NCBI RefSeq assembly: GCF_030684315.1 | Contig: NC_081362.1 | Span: 14,502,589 to 14,566,588, forward strand | Direction: 5' to 3' | Source: Stegostoma tigrinum | Lineage: Eukaryota | Length of the DNA stretch: 64,000 nucleotides | In this document: one piece after another, positions 1 to 12,699 of the stretch | Layout: each line of letters opens with the position of its first letter | Numbering within the stretch: the first letter of the stretch is position 1 | Notes under the pieces: model-generated | Seen by the model: only the letters and a program-made list of their open reading frames with translations | Told to the model about the DNA's origin: nothing | The model's database searches: none | Position numbers and translations under genes: made by a program

Positions 1-444
1 TTAAACATTTAACTTCCATTTTGTATGGAATTCAAATTCCACCATCTATGATGTTGGTATTTGAACTCTGATCACCAGAATGTTCACTAATCCAGTTATA
101 ATACTTCTATGTTGTCACCTCCCCAACTGTTAAGTAACTTATGGATTCTAAAGAATGCTTGGATACATTAGTATTTTATGTACTGGAGACCACAGTATAT
201 GTTTGTTTAAAAATGCGTAATAAATCAGAAGATAAGTATCAATAGGTACACAGAGTGCGAGTTTCAGGATTTGGCTCTGTATTGTCAAAAACGGATTTGG
301 CTGATATAAAGTGAGGCTCACATAATACAAAAATAAATTGTCCCCAGAATTTTCCCCAAACTCATGCTCAACATTGTGAATTGGGCTTGAATTGAACTAA
401 TTGGTTAAGGTGAATTCAAATTCAATATTCTTTCAGACTGTATT

Positions 445-460
445 TAGTGCCCTCTACAGG
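445..460 (-). promoter_or_regulatory. Candidate CTCF-binding site in CFAP61 intron
   Basis: Minus strand reads CCTGTAGAGGGCACTA, close to the CTCF core consensus CC(A/T)(C/G)(C/T)AG(A/G)GGGC(A/G)C; motif only. Confidence 0.45.
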
Positions 461-2399
461 TGAGTATCAGAATAATCACAACAAGAACCCAAACTGAAGT
501 ACAGCACAGAATACTTTAAATACAAATGTTAACAATGGTCTTCTTATAAATTTACCTTTCCAGGAGTGTGGGTTCTAATCTTAGAATGTCAAACTACAAT
601 CACCACAACTCCTCAAATTTCTCTCTTTCCCTGCGTCTCCATAATTGTCCGCCAACACAAAACAGCAAAATAAAAGAAGGATCCTAATATACTTGTGGGA
701 GCATTCTCCCTTACATCATTATTAATAATCTGAAAATTCAGATCAAGCGAACTTCCTCAAACCTACTGTCTAATCTGCAGTTTTCCCATGATTATTTTAT
801 GAAACCTGAATGCATTGAAACATGCTTTCCACAACTACTACACAATCAAATTTCGCAATGGCTTCAGAAATATATATGTAAGACACACTTTTACAGAATG
901 GTCTTACTGTAAACTTTCATAAAATACACTGGCATTAAGGTGTGATGTAAGTTTAAAGATTAAAAACAAATTTAAAAACATTTTCAGAGTGTATGTGGCA
1001 GAAAGGAATGAAGATAACTCCTTCTTGAAAACCTTTAATATCTTGGCCTCCACCAATTTTCACGGCAGAGAAAGATATCAGGCAATGACAACAAAATGAC
1101 AACAAATAATAACAAGCAGAATACTGCTGGATGTGCAAATGATTTACCAGAGAACATTGAAAGAAGGGATACAGGAAAAATGAGGCTTTATCTGCTTGAA
1201 GAAACCTCAGAAATATCATTATACCTTGAATGAAGGCCAAAAACTAGAAAACAGCTTCTTCAACATTATAGAAACCTTCACACAGATTCAAGAAGGTAAT
1301 CTGATCAATTTAGGAAAAGACACAATTATTCAGGTTAAATTATTCAGGTCAGGCCATGAATAAAGATATTAGAAGACAGACCTGTTTAAATGAAGCCAGA
1401 TATATGAGCTTGACAATATCACAATCCAGCTTAATAATATCTGATAAGTAGTGAAGAAGGCAAGCTATCCCTCAGAATCTTGGCAGATTGTAATACAAAA
1501 AGCTGGATGAGGATCCTTAATTCTGTAGAATCATAAGTCCTGATTTTAACTCAATCAAAATACACTGACTTACACAGAGCTAAAATAAGATTGAGCAACA
1601 TGGTTTAATCTACTAATTTTTCATGCCCAAATTTCTTAGAAACATACAGTATGTGGGAAAGCAAAAAAGAATTGCGATCTGCCAATATCACAGACTACAG
1701 ATAAGATGACTGTAGACTGATGAGACTTGATGAAATTAATGAAAAGGAATTAAGATCAGTTTGATGATAATAAACTTTCAAGGAAGGCTAGTAATTTTAA
1801 TGATGAATAACACCTATCTGGTAGACCTGCTTGTTGTGATTATTGCTCCAAGTTGTAAGGACAACAATTTGAATGTATATAGCATGAATTTATATAGAAA
1901 TCGGAATTTATATAGGCAATAAAAGGACCAAAGACATTCCACATTATCATTGGAAATGCAGCTGGTGGAACATATGAGTTACAGGGTATTCCAATGGAAG
2001 CTGATAACCTTGTCAGTCCAACTGAGCTTGGGAAACCATGGCCACACTCAGGACACATCCTTAACACAGGGAGTCTTAAAAAGCCCACAGCAAAACCCCA
2101 AAACAAAGCCAAGTCTCAGCAAAATGGATAAAGTTTTCTTCAGGATCTGGGCCAGAAAGCCATTGTAGTTGCTGATGGATGTGGACTTGAGACAATAAAG
2201 GAGTCTTACTAGACCTGAACTGAGTAACAGAACTCACAGACCAGAACGCAGGAGGGTGCACACCCTTGCTACATTTGGTTTGGAACAGTTCATGACATTC
2301 AAATCAGAACCAATCAAACTGGTTAAACAGTCACCCAGTTCTAAACGCGGCCACTTCAGTGATCACAAAACCAGTCTTTAACAAAATTTCTTCTGAACA

Positions 2400-3520
2400 C
2401 CAAGCCTTAAGGTTGCAAGAGACCTCAGCTAGACTGAGAATTTACACTAGGGAAATCTTACAGATTAAAGGTACAACTTCGGCTCCGGTCTCTTATTAGA
2501 ATGAGCCGGTTCAGTTACCACTGCTTGTGGTAAAGTTCTCGGGTCCAAGCTTGGTTGAGAGAGATTCACCTAGATTGGCTCAACATTTTTAAGTTAGAAA
2601 ATGGCTGCCTCAGTGAAGCCCTACTTAAATACCTGGAAATCTTTTATGAAAGTTTAGGGACTATCAAAGGAGCCAAGCCCACCTTGCATGTTGACCAGGA
2701 AGCAATTCCATTATTTTGCAAGGCCCACCCAATGCCATTTGTCTTATGGGCAAAAGCAGAGGCAGAAATCAGAAGCCTGGAAAACGAAGGAGTCATTGAA
2801 CAAGTCAAGTTTGCAGAATGGGCAGCACTGGTTGTATCGGTTTTGAAGCCTGAAGGGTGGGTTTGCCTTTGTGGGAATTCGGAACAAATGATAAACTGCA
2901 TTTCACAGCTGAATAAATACACAATTCCTCACATAAAGGATTCATATGCTTAGCTGGGAGAGGACCCGTTTTTCGTAAACTTGTAATTGAGGTTAGGATT
3001 CCTAGAACTATGGTATAATTAATACCCATACAAGTTTGAAGCAATTGCCGTTTGGGGTATCATCAGCCTGTGCAATTTTTCAGCAGACAATGGAGAACAT
3101 TTTGCAAGATCTACCCCAAGTCACCATTTATCTGCATGCCATCATTACGGAGCACATAGAAAACTTGGACATAGTCCTTAAACATTTCTCCCAGGCGGGT
3201 ATAGACCTAAGAAAGGAAAAACGTGTGCACCAGGCACCCCAAGTGACCTACTTGGTCTACAGAGTCAATAAGACCACAGTTTACACCCTTTGGAAGAGAA
3301 ATCGAGGGCAATCAAAGGTGCCCTGGCTCCTACTTCTGTAATGGAGCTTTGGTCTTCTCGCGGGCTCATGAATTATTGATGAAAGTTCATGCATAAGCTG
3401 GTCTCCATCCTGGCACCTTTGCATCAACTCCTAAAAAAGGGTCGGCCTTAGAAACAGTCGCATAGCCAAGCCACAGCTTTCAGGCAAGTGAAGGAACATG
3501 GCTTTCAGGGTAACACATCT
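2400..3520 (+). mobile_element. Decayed Ty3/Gypsy LTR-retrotransposon pol fragment (protease end and RT)
   Basis: Translations LGTIKGAKPTLHVDQEAIPLFCKAHPMPF...LENEGVIEQVKFAEWAALVV and QLPFGVSSACAIFQQTMENILQDLPQVTIYL are typical Gypsy RT; catalytic YLDD is disrupted; stops and frameshifts. Confidence 0.85.
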
Positions 3521-3691
3521 AATGTATCCCCAAGACAATTCAAAAACAACATTCGCTTATGGAAAATCACTTTTCAATATGTAACATACAATAAGGTGAG
3601 AATATGCTACTCTTCTGTAACTTTTATATCAAAAATATATGGGCTGCCCTGAAGCTAATTGGGTCAAAAGTCTTTTCATAATGCATTGTGT

Positions 3692-3991
3692 GGCATGATG
3701 GATCAGCAGTTACCACTGCTGCCTCAGAGTGCCAGGAACCTGGGTTCAATCCCACCCTCAGGCAACTGCCTGTGTGGAATGCGCATGCTCTCCCCATGTC
3801 TGCAAGGACTCTTTCAGTTCTCTGGTTTTCTCCCACAGTCAAAAAATGTGCAGGTTAGGTGAATTGGCCATGGGAAGTACATGGATAGGGTAAGGGGTTG
3901 GTTCTGGGTGGGACACTCTTCAGAGGGACGGTGTGGACTTGATGTGCTGAAAGGCCGACTTCCACACTGTAGGGATTTAATGATTCTATGA
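3692..3991 (+). mobile_element. tRNA-derived V-SINE (HE1-like)
   Basis: tRNA-like head with B box GGGTTCAATCCC (~3742), V-domain TCTCCCCATGTCTGC...CTCCCACAGTC..GTGCAGGTTAGGT, CR1-like tail CCACACTGTAGGGATT..CTATGA; four more copies in the window. Confidence 0.85.
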
Positions 3992-4549
3992 ACGCTTACT
4001 AATTCCTAATTATGTACATTCTGCTTCACTCCAGCTTATCACTACCTGTTTTCAGTTCACTACTTCCCACTTCAGGTTCATCACTTTCTTTCGGCAAACC
4101 ATCTGCTCATCACTTTCACTGAACCTTCCACTTGCCAGATCAGTGCCTTAACTTGTCAGCTCACTGCATTTTCCCCATCCTGGCCCTCATTCCCACCAAG
4201 CCCTTCACTGTCCAGCATGTGACCTGCTCCCTACAACCTCCATCCTACCATTATTCACCTGTAGCCTGAGCGCTATACCTTTCCCTGAGTTTATTGTCAG
4301 TAGCTACTTCCAATACTGTCAGCACTGCCTATAATGGAAAGCTTCCAGCCTCTGATTGGCTGGCTGCTCTTGAGGGATGGTCGGATTTCTGCCCTCAGGT
4401 TTTTAATTTCTGAGGAACGCCATCCATTGGGCACTAAATTCTGGCAGTCTTACCCAACTGAGGCAATGTGGGAATTCTGCCAGTTCTCCAACTAGCTAGA
4501 CAGACCCTCTTCACCAACATTTTACTCCACCCAGAATCTAGGCTAACGC

Positions 4550-4900
4550 AGTCCAGTATGAAGTATGTGCTGCATCACCAGATATATTCTTTTTAGGAAG
4601 ATGAATGATACTGAGGCTCAGTTTTCTTTCTCACCTGGAAATAAAATGTCCCATGGAATAACTGAAAGGCTGGAGGGTTCACCCAAGGTCTGAGCCAACT
4701 TTTATCACTCTATCAACACCAGCACAACAGAATGATTAGTTACATAACAAATATATTTTTGCTCAGATTTTGCTGAGCAAAAATGGACTGGTTGGTGCCT
4801 GTGCAACAGGACACATCAAAAAAGACTTACTGAGGGTACATCACATTGTGATGGTTTGCAAATTTGAAACATATCATAAAATGTGAGTTCGTTATTTCCT
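4550..4900 (+). mobile_element. Old SINE remnant (Deu-domain/L2-tail type)
   Basis: Similar by eye to 12490-12610, 37225-37540 and, inverted, 11700-11930; heavily diverged. Confidence 0.4.
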
Positions 4901-5010
4901 ATACTTGCTGTTAGTTCAAATGTGAATAAATTCAAATCTTAATATCTTTCAGCACATCACTGGGAAAAGGCAATTCTGAGAAAGAAGATGTCCATCAGAG
5001 GATCCATTAC

Positions 5011-5134
5011 CTGGCCTTTCGAATATGTAGTACTGGAACATAGTCCTTTCTGTAGCAGATGAAAGCTGAATAGTGTACACCATCCACCTTCTTAAATTGT
5101 GGCATAGGTGCAAACAAGACAGACACGGCAGGAT
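5011..5134 (-). CDS. CFAP61: CFAP61 coding exon 5 (DPAVSVLFAPMPQFKKVDGVHYSAFICYRKDYVPVLHIRKAR); gene continues beyond the window start
   Basis: ctag| acceptor, AG|gtaatg donor, 124 nt, phase-compatible with the previous exon; LHIRKAR matches vertebrate CFAP61 LHVRKAR. Confidence 0.9.
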
Positions 5135-5252
5135 CTAGTATGGAATAAGACAGATTATTGATGAATTGATATGAATAAATAGTGTTCAAAGCTGACAAAA
5201 TATATGAAAATGAAAAATAAGTTCTGTGACAATTTCTAAAATAATCTTTTAC

Positions 5253-5320
5253 CTAAGGCGACTTTCTTTGGCACAGCAAGGATTATATAGTGCAGTTCTC
5301 GGAGGGCATTGAAGATAGTC
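5253..5320 (-). CDS. CFAP61: CFAP61 coding exon 4 (TIFNALRELHYIILAVPKKVAL)
   Basis: tatag| acceptor, G|gtaaaa donor, 68 nt, phases 2 and 1; similar to human TVYKAVPELHFIFLIVP. Confidence 0.9.
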
Positions 5321-5939
5321 CTATACCAGTGTTGGAAATAAATTAATATTTGTAATTGCACATTCTGACATTGGCCGATGAAGCTCAAGAGCTAGAACCT
5401 ATAAATGCCATTAACACAATGTAACATGGCATACAGTGCTCCTATTTCTGCAGGCATTGTCTCAATCATCTGCCAAACATTCAAAGCATAACCTGAAGAA
5501 ATGATAAACAATCTCAAAATTATACCCTGAACTTTTATTTAAATACGAAGAAGTGTTAATGAAACTCAAACTTGTACATCACAGGCACATAAAAACTAGC
5601 ATTGTATTTAAGATACCAATCAATTCAACTGAGAAAATGGGACTTAGTATATTTTTCTGCTAACCAAATCAGGGGTAAATTATTGTTTTGCTTATAGAAC
5701 ATTCCCCTGTGTCTATCAAAGACCCATTTTTCAAGTCTTCTTCCTGCTCTTTATGGAGACTCAGGAAAATCAACTATGTCTAGCAATAGTTCCATTCATT
5801 TCAAGTAGATCGTAATTTCAGCCTAACAGGAAGCTGAACTTAAGGGACCAAGCCCGTTGCAAAGCTTTCTAATATTTTGTTTTCTGCAGCTTAGATATTT
5901 TCAGTGCAACTCTCAGCCTGACTGAATTTTGCCAAGATA

Positions 5940-6357
5940 ATTAAACTCCCCCCACTGCATCACACAACCAGCCCAGCTCATCCCCTCCACCCACTGCATC
6001 CCAAAACCAGCCCAGCCTCTCTCTGCCTCCCTAACCTGTTCTTCCTCTCACCCATCCCTTCCTCCCACCTCAAGCCGCACCTCCATTTCCAACCTACTAA
6101 CCTCATCCCACCTCCTTGACCTGTCCGTCTTCCCTGGACTGACCTATCGCCTCCCTACCTCCTCACCTATACTCTCCTCTCCACCTATCTTCTTTTCTCT
6201 CCATCTTCGGTCCGCCTCTCCCTCTCTCCCTATTTATTCCAGAACCCTCTCCCCATCCCCTTCTCTGATGAAGGGTCTAGGCCCAAAACGTCAGCTTTTG
6301 TGCTCCTGAGATGCGGCTCGGCCTGCTGTGTTCATCCAGCTCCACACTTTGTTACCA
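5940..6357 (+). mobile_element. Penelope-like element terminal repeat with mutated hammerhead core
   Basis: Nearly identical to 17515-17927; pyrimidine-rich tract, then CTGATGAAGGGTCTAGGCCCAAAACGTC (6265-6292; GAAA changed to AAAA). Confidence 0.85.
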
Positions 6358-6390
6358 AGGATCGCAGTTTATTTTTCTCATTACTAAAAC

Positions 6391-6698
6391 AGAATCCCTA
6401 CAGTGTGGAAACAGGCCCTTCGGCCCAATGAGTCCACACCGAACCTCAGAGCATCCCACCTGGACCCATCCCCCTATAACCGACCTAATCTACCCCTCCC
6501 TGAACACTATGGGGAATCTTACATGGCCAATCCACCTACCCTGCACATCTTTGGACTATGGGAGGAAACCAGAGCACCCGGAGGAAACCCACGCAGACAC
6601 GGGGAGAATGTGCAAACTCCGCATAGATAGTCGCATGAGGTTGGAATCAAACCCAGGTCCCTGGTGCTGTGAGGCAACAGTGCTAACCACTGTGCCAC
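6391..6698 (-). mobile_element. HE1-like V-SINE
   Basis: Reverse complement of the 3692-3991 family; full length from tRNA head to tail. Confidence 0.85.
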
Positions 6699-6809
6699 TG
6701 TTTTCACCTGAACAACCCTTACAGGAAAAACAGATCAAAATTGGCAGGTCTCTATGCTGTAATGAATTCTAGGTGTTAATGAACATGGTGCAAAGATGAA
6801 GGCAAATTC

Positions 6810-7030
6810 AACACAGTGTGAAGCTGGAGGAACACAGCAGATCAGGCAGCATCAGAGAAGCAGAAAAGATGACGTTTCGAGTCAGGATCCTTCTTCAGCA
6901 ATGGGAAAGGGGAAGGGAGCTGGGAAATAAACAGAGGGAGGAGGGGTGGGGCTGCAGAAAGGTACGTGGATAGGGGGGATGATGATAGGTGGATGCAGGT
7001 AGGGAGGGGTGGAATTGGTCAGTGGGAAGC
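6810..7030 (-). mobile_element. Penelope-like terminal repeat with hammerhead-like core CTGAAGA..GAAACGTC
   Basis: Minus strand of 6871-6898 is CTGAAGAAGGATCCTGACTCGAAACGTC, followed by family sequence TGATGCTGCC..CTGCTGTGTTC. Confidence 0.75.
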
Positions 7031-7034
7031 AAAA

Positions 7035-7628
7035 TGTGAGGGAATAGTTTAAACAATAGATATTTTTTGAGACAAACTTTTCTCTTTTAAATAACCTGTT
7101 GTGATGATGCTGTGGTTTTAAGAAGTGTATTTTGTCCTGGTTTCTTTTAAGAAAGAGATTGAACGAGAGGCCCCAAGTTGTCTGCGGTAATATAAACAAC
7201 TTGTGACGCCTTGATTTTTTTAAAGTTGGAACAACAGAAGCATTCTGGATGGGCATGGTCAGCATGCACAGGATTTCTAGCCTTTTGTTTAGCTCTTATT
7301 GTGGTTATGTTAGAAAATCTGATTTCTGAATTTACCTTTTAGCCCAAGAGGTGTATTTGTGAAATGTTACTGTATTAGAACAGTTAATTATTAACAATTA
7401 CTGTATTTATTATTCAGTTAAGTTTTCCAATAGAGTTGACATTGTAAATTCCTCTTTCTTTTATTGTATTTTAACAATAGTGTTTGAATAAACTGTATTT
7501 TGCTTAATGACGAGTAGTTTGACCAGTTGTATTGCATCTGGAATATGGCACTTTACATTTGCCTTTAACAATAAGAAAAAGTTAGGGTCTTGGCTACGTT
7601 CTTAAAATGCCTAGTCTGGTCCTTAACA
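7035..7628 (+). mobile_element. Solo-LTR-like element
   Basis: TG...CA ends, internal AATAAA, 3' half similar to 10130-10350; no TSD recognised. Confidence 0.5.
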
Positions 7629-7955
7629 CGGCACAATGTTGTTTTATTCTTTTTAAGATATTTCACTGGCAGAATTGTTAAATGTCATTGTTTACTGCTA
7701 AATACCTTAGAAAAGATAAAATGACATGGCACAAATAGTTCCCCTACTTGCCCTTCACTTCTTCAAGTTATCTTTGTGATATTCTGCCTGCATCTCTGGC
7801 AATGACACCATCGTCCTAGGTAGGGCTAATCAACAAATCTAAAAGTAACTGATGATTCTACAGCTTTACAAAGATTTTCTTGCATAGTGCCTGAGTGTAT
7901 TCATACTGGAATGCATAATTTATCCATAGTCAGGAATTAGTAACACACAACCTAC

Positions 7956-8032
7956 CTGACAATCTCTTTGGCACAACCACTTGCAACTCCTGATTTTGCC
8001 ACAAGCAAATGTAAAAAAAGGGTGTTCAAAGG
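7956..8032 (-). CDS. CFAP61: CFAP61 coding exon 3 (PLNTLFLHLLVAKSGVASGCAKEIVR)
   Basis: gacag| acceptor, AG|gtagg donor, 77 nt; matches human PLNTLFMHLFVA...GCCKEILR. Confidence 0.93.
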
Positions 8033-8389
8033 CTGTCAAAATTTTAAAAAATATGCTTTATGTGAGCATAACTCATCCAGTGAAATATCAATAAAATTTA
8101 GTGATAGAAGTAAGTGATATTTTATAACATTTATCCAAAATCTGAAATGTAAACTATATAACATGTACATGCCAGAAACCGAGAACATATACATTTAATT
8201 GTTTTCTGTTAAAGAAAACACTCTCAACACAGTAACGGTTAGACAGTCTATGCAAAGCATCTAGACCATAACTTCCCCTACTCATATCTGGCTACATAAC
8301 TTGCAATTCACAATGTCTAGTCACACAGTACAGTGAAATTTACAGAATTCCCACTAAATAGTAATTGTTATATCATTGTGATGTAGAAG

Positions 8390-8850
8390 GCATGGGAGAA
8401 GGGAATAGGAAAATAGATTGGGATAATGAAAGACAGTAAAGATGAACAGGAAGGAGCGTAAGGTTAAATGTGAAAAGAAAGCAAAGGAGAAGGTGCAAGA
8501 AGACAAGAGTGGGTACAAGAATTATGCAGTGTTTAACTTAAGACAAAAAATGAGGGGCAGACATAGAATGGGAGGGAAAGTGGGAGTAAGGAGAAAAAGC
8601 AGGAAGAAAGTAATGTGGGGAAAACTGCATATTGGAGAAACAGGAGGAAGGCAAGAAGGAAGAGGAGGCAAGAAATGTGAAAGGAAGGGGCAAGAAAGAG
8701 GGAAAAGAAGGAAGGATAAAGCAGGTGGAAGTAAGTCAAAAGCAGGGCTGAGATAAAAAGGAAGGAATAGAGAAGAAAGGCATGTGAAGTCAGGAATAGG
8801 GGCAGAAGGAGAATTCAGGATTAGAAATTTCAGGAGGGAGAAAAAAGATT
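8390..8850. repeat. Purine-rich (GA) low-complexity tract
   Basis: Strongly A/G-biased plus strand; produces spurious K/R/E/G-rich and F/L/S/P-rich ORFs. Confidence 0.7.
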
Positions 8851-9499
8851 TGAATTTTGTGTAGATTTTCTTCTTAACAAGCATTTTTACATTGAAAATA
8901 CTTTGTTTTTATTATATTAATAAAGACTATAACTTGGAAATGGCTTGGTGCTGCACTAGGCAGCGGAGGGAGGGAAGTGGATAAAGATGATAAATATATG
9001 TGGTATGTGAAACATAACTCAGCCACAGAAAGAAGTAAAACATTCAGGGAAAGAAGCCGTAGAGGAAAATAACTCATTTGGGGTCTGGTTGAAAAATCAT
9101 TGGAGAGGGTAGTCAGAGGTAAAAACCTGGGAAGGAGGTATAGGTAATGGGGCTCCAAATTAAGTGAAACAACACGCAATTTTTATAAATAACTCTTAAA
9201 TTCTTTTGTTGATTGACAACAGTCTTAGCATGGCTGTATCAATCATACACATGAACAGTTGTGTGTTCATCAACAATGTTTGCATTAATACCTTCTTACA
9301 AATTATCTGACTTTGAGAATGTTGAATGCTTTGAAGTTCACAAAGTTCCTTGCCTCCCTACAATAGGATATTTCAAAACAGGGTCACCACAGACAGTATG
9401 TTATGGTCAGGTTTGACACAGGGGATGTAGATCCTATTGAGGGCTCCAATGATCAATATAGAGGGAAATAAAGCTAATTCTTAAAAGCATAAAAGTCTT

Positions 9500-9600
9500 T
9501 GGCTCTTGTGGTGCAGTGACAATGTCCCTACCTCTGACCAAAAGGTCTAAGTCAAGTCCCACCAGCCCCAGAGGTGTGTCATAACATGCCCAAACAGGTT
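9500..9600 (+). mobile_element. tRNA-derived SINE head fragment
   Basis: GGCTCTTGTGGTGCAGTG (A-box-like) ... GTCAAGTCCCA (B-box-like). Confidence 0.45.
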
Positions 9601-9731
9601 GAGTTGAAATGTATATAACAAAGGTTTAATTTCAGATTCATTGACATATGTTAGGCTTATTCCTAGAGCTAAGTACATACAAGTTTAAATGTGATGCTAG
9701 TACACCACTTACTGGTGTGATTATTATTAAT

Positions 9732-10355
9732 TGTGACTATACTCTGCCTTTTAAGAGATGATTTGTTTCTCTTGAAGAGGAGTGTTGACACCACGGTGTT
9801 AACATGTCTATTTTTGAAGCAGCAGTAAACAGCTTTGAGTTTCCTGAGTGTTTTCTTTGATTAGACAAAAGAAACATGGTGGGTGGAGTCAAGCTCACAT
9901 AGACCCAAGGTTTTGGCTGTCCTTTCAGTTGGGTTGTTTTGGAATCGACGCTGATAGATACAGCTCTCAGTCTGCTGTAGCAAAAAGCTTGAATTCTCTT
10001 TCTGCTGCTAGATTGTTTCTTTCAGTGTTCCTTTCTCCACAACTAGTAGAGCATGTGAGGAAAATCTGTTTTATGGAATTTGCTTTGGCTAAGAGTGTGT
10101 TTAGAGGATTCTATAATATTGAAACAGTTGATAGTTGAGTTAAATGATACATTACTTTGTTAAGTATTTCAGTAAAGTCAAACTGTGTACTTTTTTATGT
10201 TTGTATTTTAACTGTCTTGTAAGGATAAAGTGTGTTTTGCTTAAAGCCTAGTGATGGACCAATTGAATCACATCTGGAACACAGTAGCTTATACTTGCCT
10301 TTAAGGTCTAGGCTATCACTTTGATATACTTTGAGGGGGTTTGATCTCATCCATA
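9732..10355 (+). mobile_element. Solo-LTR-like element related to 7035-7628
   Basis: Shared blocks ATAAA.TGT.TTTTGCTTAA and GACCA.TTG.AT..CATCTGGAA; begins TGTGA. Confidence 0.5.
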
Positions 10356-11474
10356 GAGAAATGTAATCAGGTGTGGATCCAGTTAACATGGACTTTTCAT
10401 TGGAAATGTTCATAGGTGACAAGGTGTGCAAAAAAGTTAGATTATCTACATTACAGATTACTGCAATTATGTTCGGTCAATATTATTGGTATTATGACAG
10501 TGAGGACTTGAGGGTTTGAAAGTCATGACAGAACCAGGCCAATGTCCCAATAAAAATAAATGGGCTTTCTAGCCGGCCAACCTCTCCATCCGTCAGACTC
10601 TGATGCTGCACTGGGCCTGTTACATAAGTGGCTGGTCCAACTCAATCCCACCTCTGTTTCCCCAAAAAGAAAATGTGATGGTTAGGGAAATCCTTAATGG
10701 AGACAGGCAGAGCTGAGAACTTTTTTGACTCATGCTGCCTACCTCCTGCATGAAAATCCAGCCTTTGGAGTCTGCTAAATAACTTGGAAACCAAGAAATT
10801 GCTATTTGTTCCAAACCTTGAAAGCACCCAGTGAATGGAATCATTAAGAGTCACTTGAATCAGCATGAACTTCCACTCCTAAGCTGCTATGTTCACTGTA
10901 AAAATCCTTGAAAATGTTATTCTATGTTGAATAAGCAGGAACTGCATTTTGTAAACACATACTAACTTCATAATTACTGCTAAATACCATCAGTGGCCCT
11001 GAAATCGTCATCTGAATTTGTGGAATATTAAAAGTTTTCATATATGATTTTTTAAAAATTTAAGAACAATTCTGTTTTTATTTTTAAATATATTTATCCA
11101 TAGCTTCTATCTTAATCAAATCATTACATTTTATTTTACCATCAGTAAACATAAATCAAAAGATTTGAAGTTATCACACAGCAATGATGATTAATTGCTT
11201 ATCAGCTTGGGACAACAATGCCAAGATGTCTTGGCACCAAATTTAAACTACTAATAGGAAAGAAGAAAATCACACCACAGTAACTGCTAAATCTTTGTGG
11301 ACAGCTGTCTTTGTTTAGTCTGAGCAACTTTCCTTAGCTGCTCACTGCAAAATCCACACCAGTGAATACATTGGCAGAAAACATTTACCGTAGTCGTTAA
11401 GATATTTTGTCAATGCAGTACGTACTGTATTCCATATTCAGAAATATTATTTTTATTTTCAGGTTTCAACTCAC

Positions 11475-11625
11475 TGTGCATTTTGAACTGGGACCATATG
11501 TATGTAGCCAGGGTTCCCAGTTGTCTTTTTCAACAGCCTCAATGTTTGGGTAATCAAAAAAAGCAGCATGAGCTAAAACCTCTTTCTTCTCATTTTCCAC
11601 TGTCAAAGAAAGATTTGCCATTTCG
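11475..11625 (-). CDS. CFAP61: CFAP61 coding exon 2 (EMANLSLTVENEKKEVLAHAAFFDYPNIEAVEKDNWEPWLHTYGPSSKCT)
   Basis: ttcag| acceptor, |gtgagt donor, 151 nt; matches human EKANLAVTLCNDKEEIMAQATFLDYPN. Confidence 0.93.
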
Positions 11626-12699
11626 CTGAAGATGCAAGAAAATAACACATAACTCTTAAAGAAACTCTGGTCTTGCACTCATTCACTGACTAAAATACTT
11701 TTATGACCTCAGGTCATCTCAATACACTTTACTGTATATAAGACACTTCTGAAATGTAACCACTGCCTAATATACAAAAATCAGTTTGCACAAAACAAGG
11801 TCCTACACACAGCAATGATATGAAGTCCAGATAATTTCTTTTGCTCTTGTTGGCTAGGATTAGGTATTGGCTCAGACACTTTTGTTTTCAAGTATTGCCA
11901 TGGGGCCTTTTACATCAATTCCAACAATGCTTAAAATAGATTTGACTTCATGTCGTGTCGCTGGCACTTGCTAAGATAGGTAGTAAACCCAAAGTAATGA
12001 AGGGCCTAATGCCAAATTTTTATTTTAGAAATCTTTGTGGGCTGGTCTGTTATGAATAGGTGTGAGGTTTGTTCCACTTAGGATTTCTTACCGTAAATGT
12101 GGTCTAACGTGCAGCCACCAAGAAGCAGAAGTTCTCTCTGGCTCTAATGTACACTTGAGGGATGCTGCTGGCTGTTTTTAAAACTGTCCATTTAATCTGA
12201 AGAGGCTTAATTTTTATACCAAGGCACTTTATTCTAGCCTCGTTGCATCTGTTCTAACCTTGCTAGCTCCCACATTAGAGCTTATGATAAGTCTTCATTT
12301 TCTCGTCAAACAAAAATATACTTCACCATTGGCGATAGGGACCTTAACCACGTCCACTTATCTTGCACTTCTGTTGTCACCTCTTCACCTTGTTCCCAAA
12401 AACCACAGTAAAAACCTCAACAATGGATCATCCTCTGGCATCTGACTTGCTTCAATTTTAAGCATTATTGGGAATGATGTATAAGGCCCCACAGCAATAC
12501 TTAAGAGCAAGAGTCTTGGCCAATATTTATCCGAACCAATGATAGCAAAATAAATAATCTGGGCATTATATCATTGCTGTGTGTGGGATCTTGTTTTGAG
12601 CAAACTGGTGATGACACCACCAAACACATCCCCTTTCCCTCTGGTAGAATACTAAAAAGTCAAACCTTAAAGATCTTTATCTAAATAAATGCAGCATTT

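Noticed and set aside
553-680. Minus-strand AAG|gtaaa donor suggesting a further CFAP61 exon
   Set aside because: Stops in all three frames upstream, and the expected next peptide (VEDHDDL-like) was not found in 1-5000
8442-9179. K/R/E/G-rich and F/L/S/P-rich ORFs of 68-120 aa
   Set aside because: Artefacts of a purine-rich low-complexity tract; no splice or homology support
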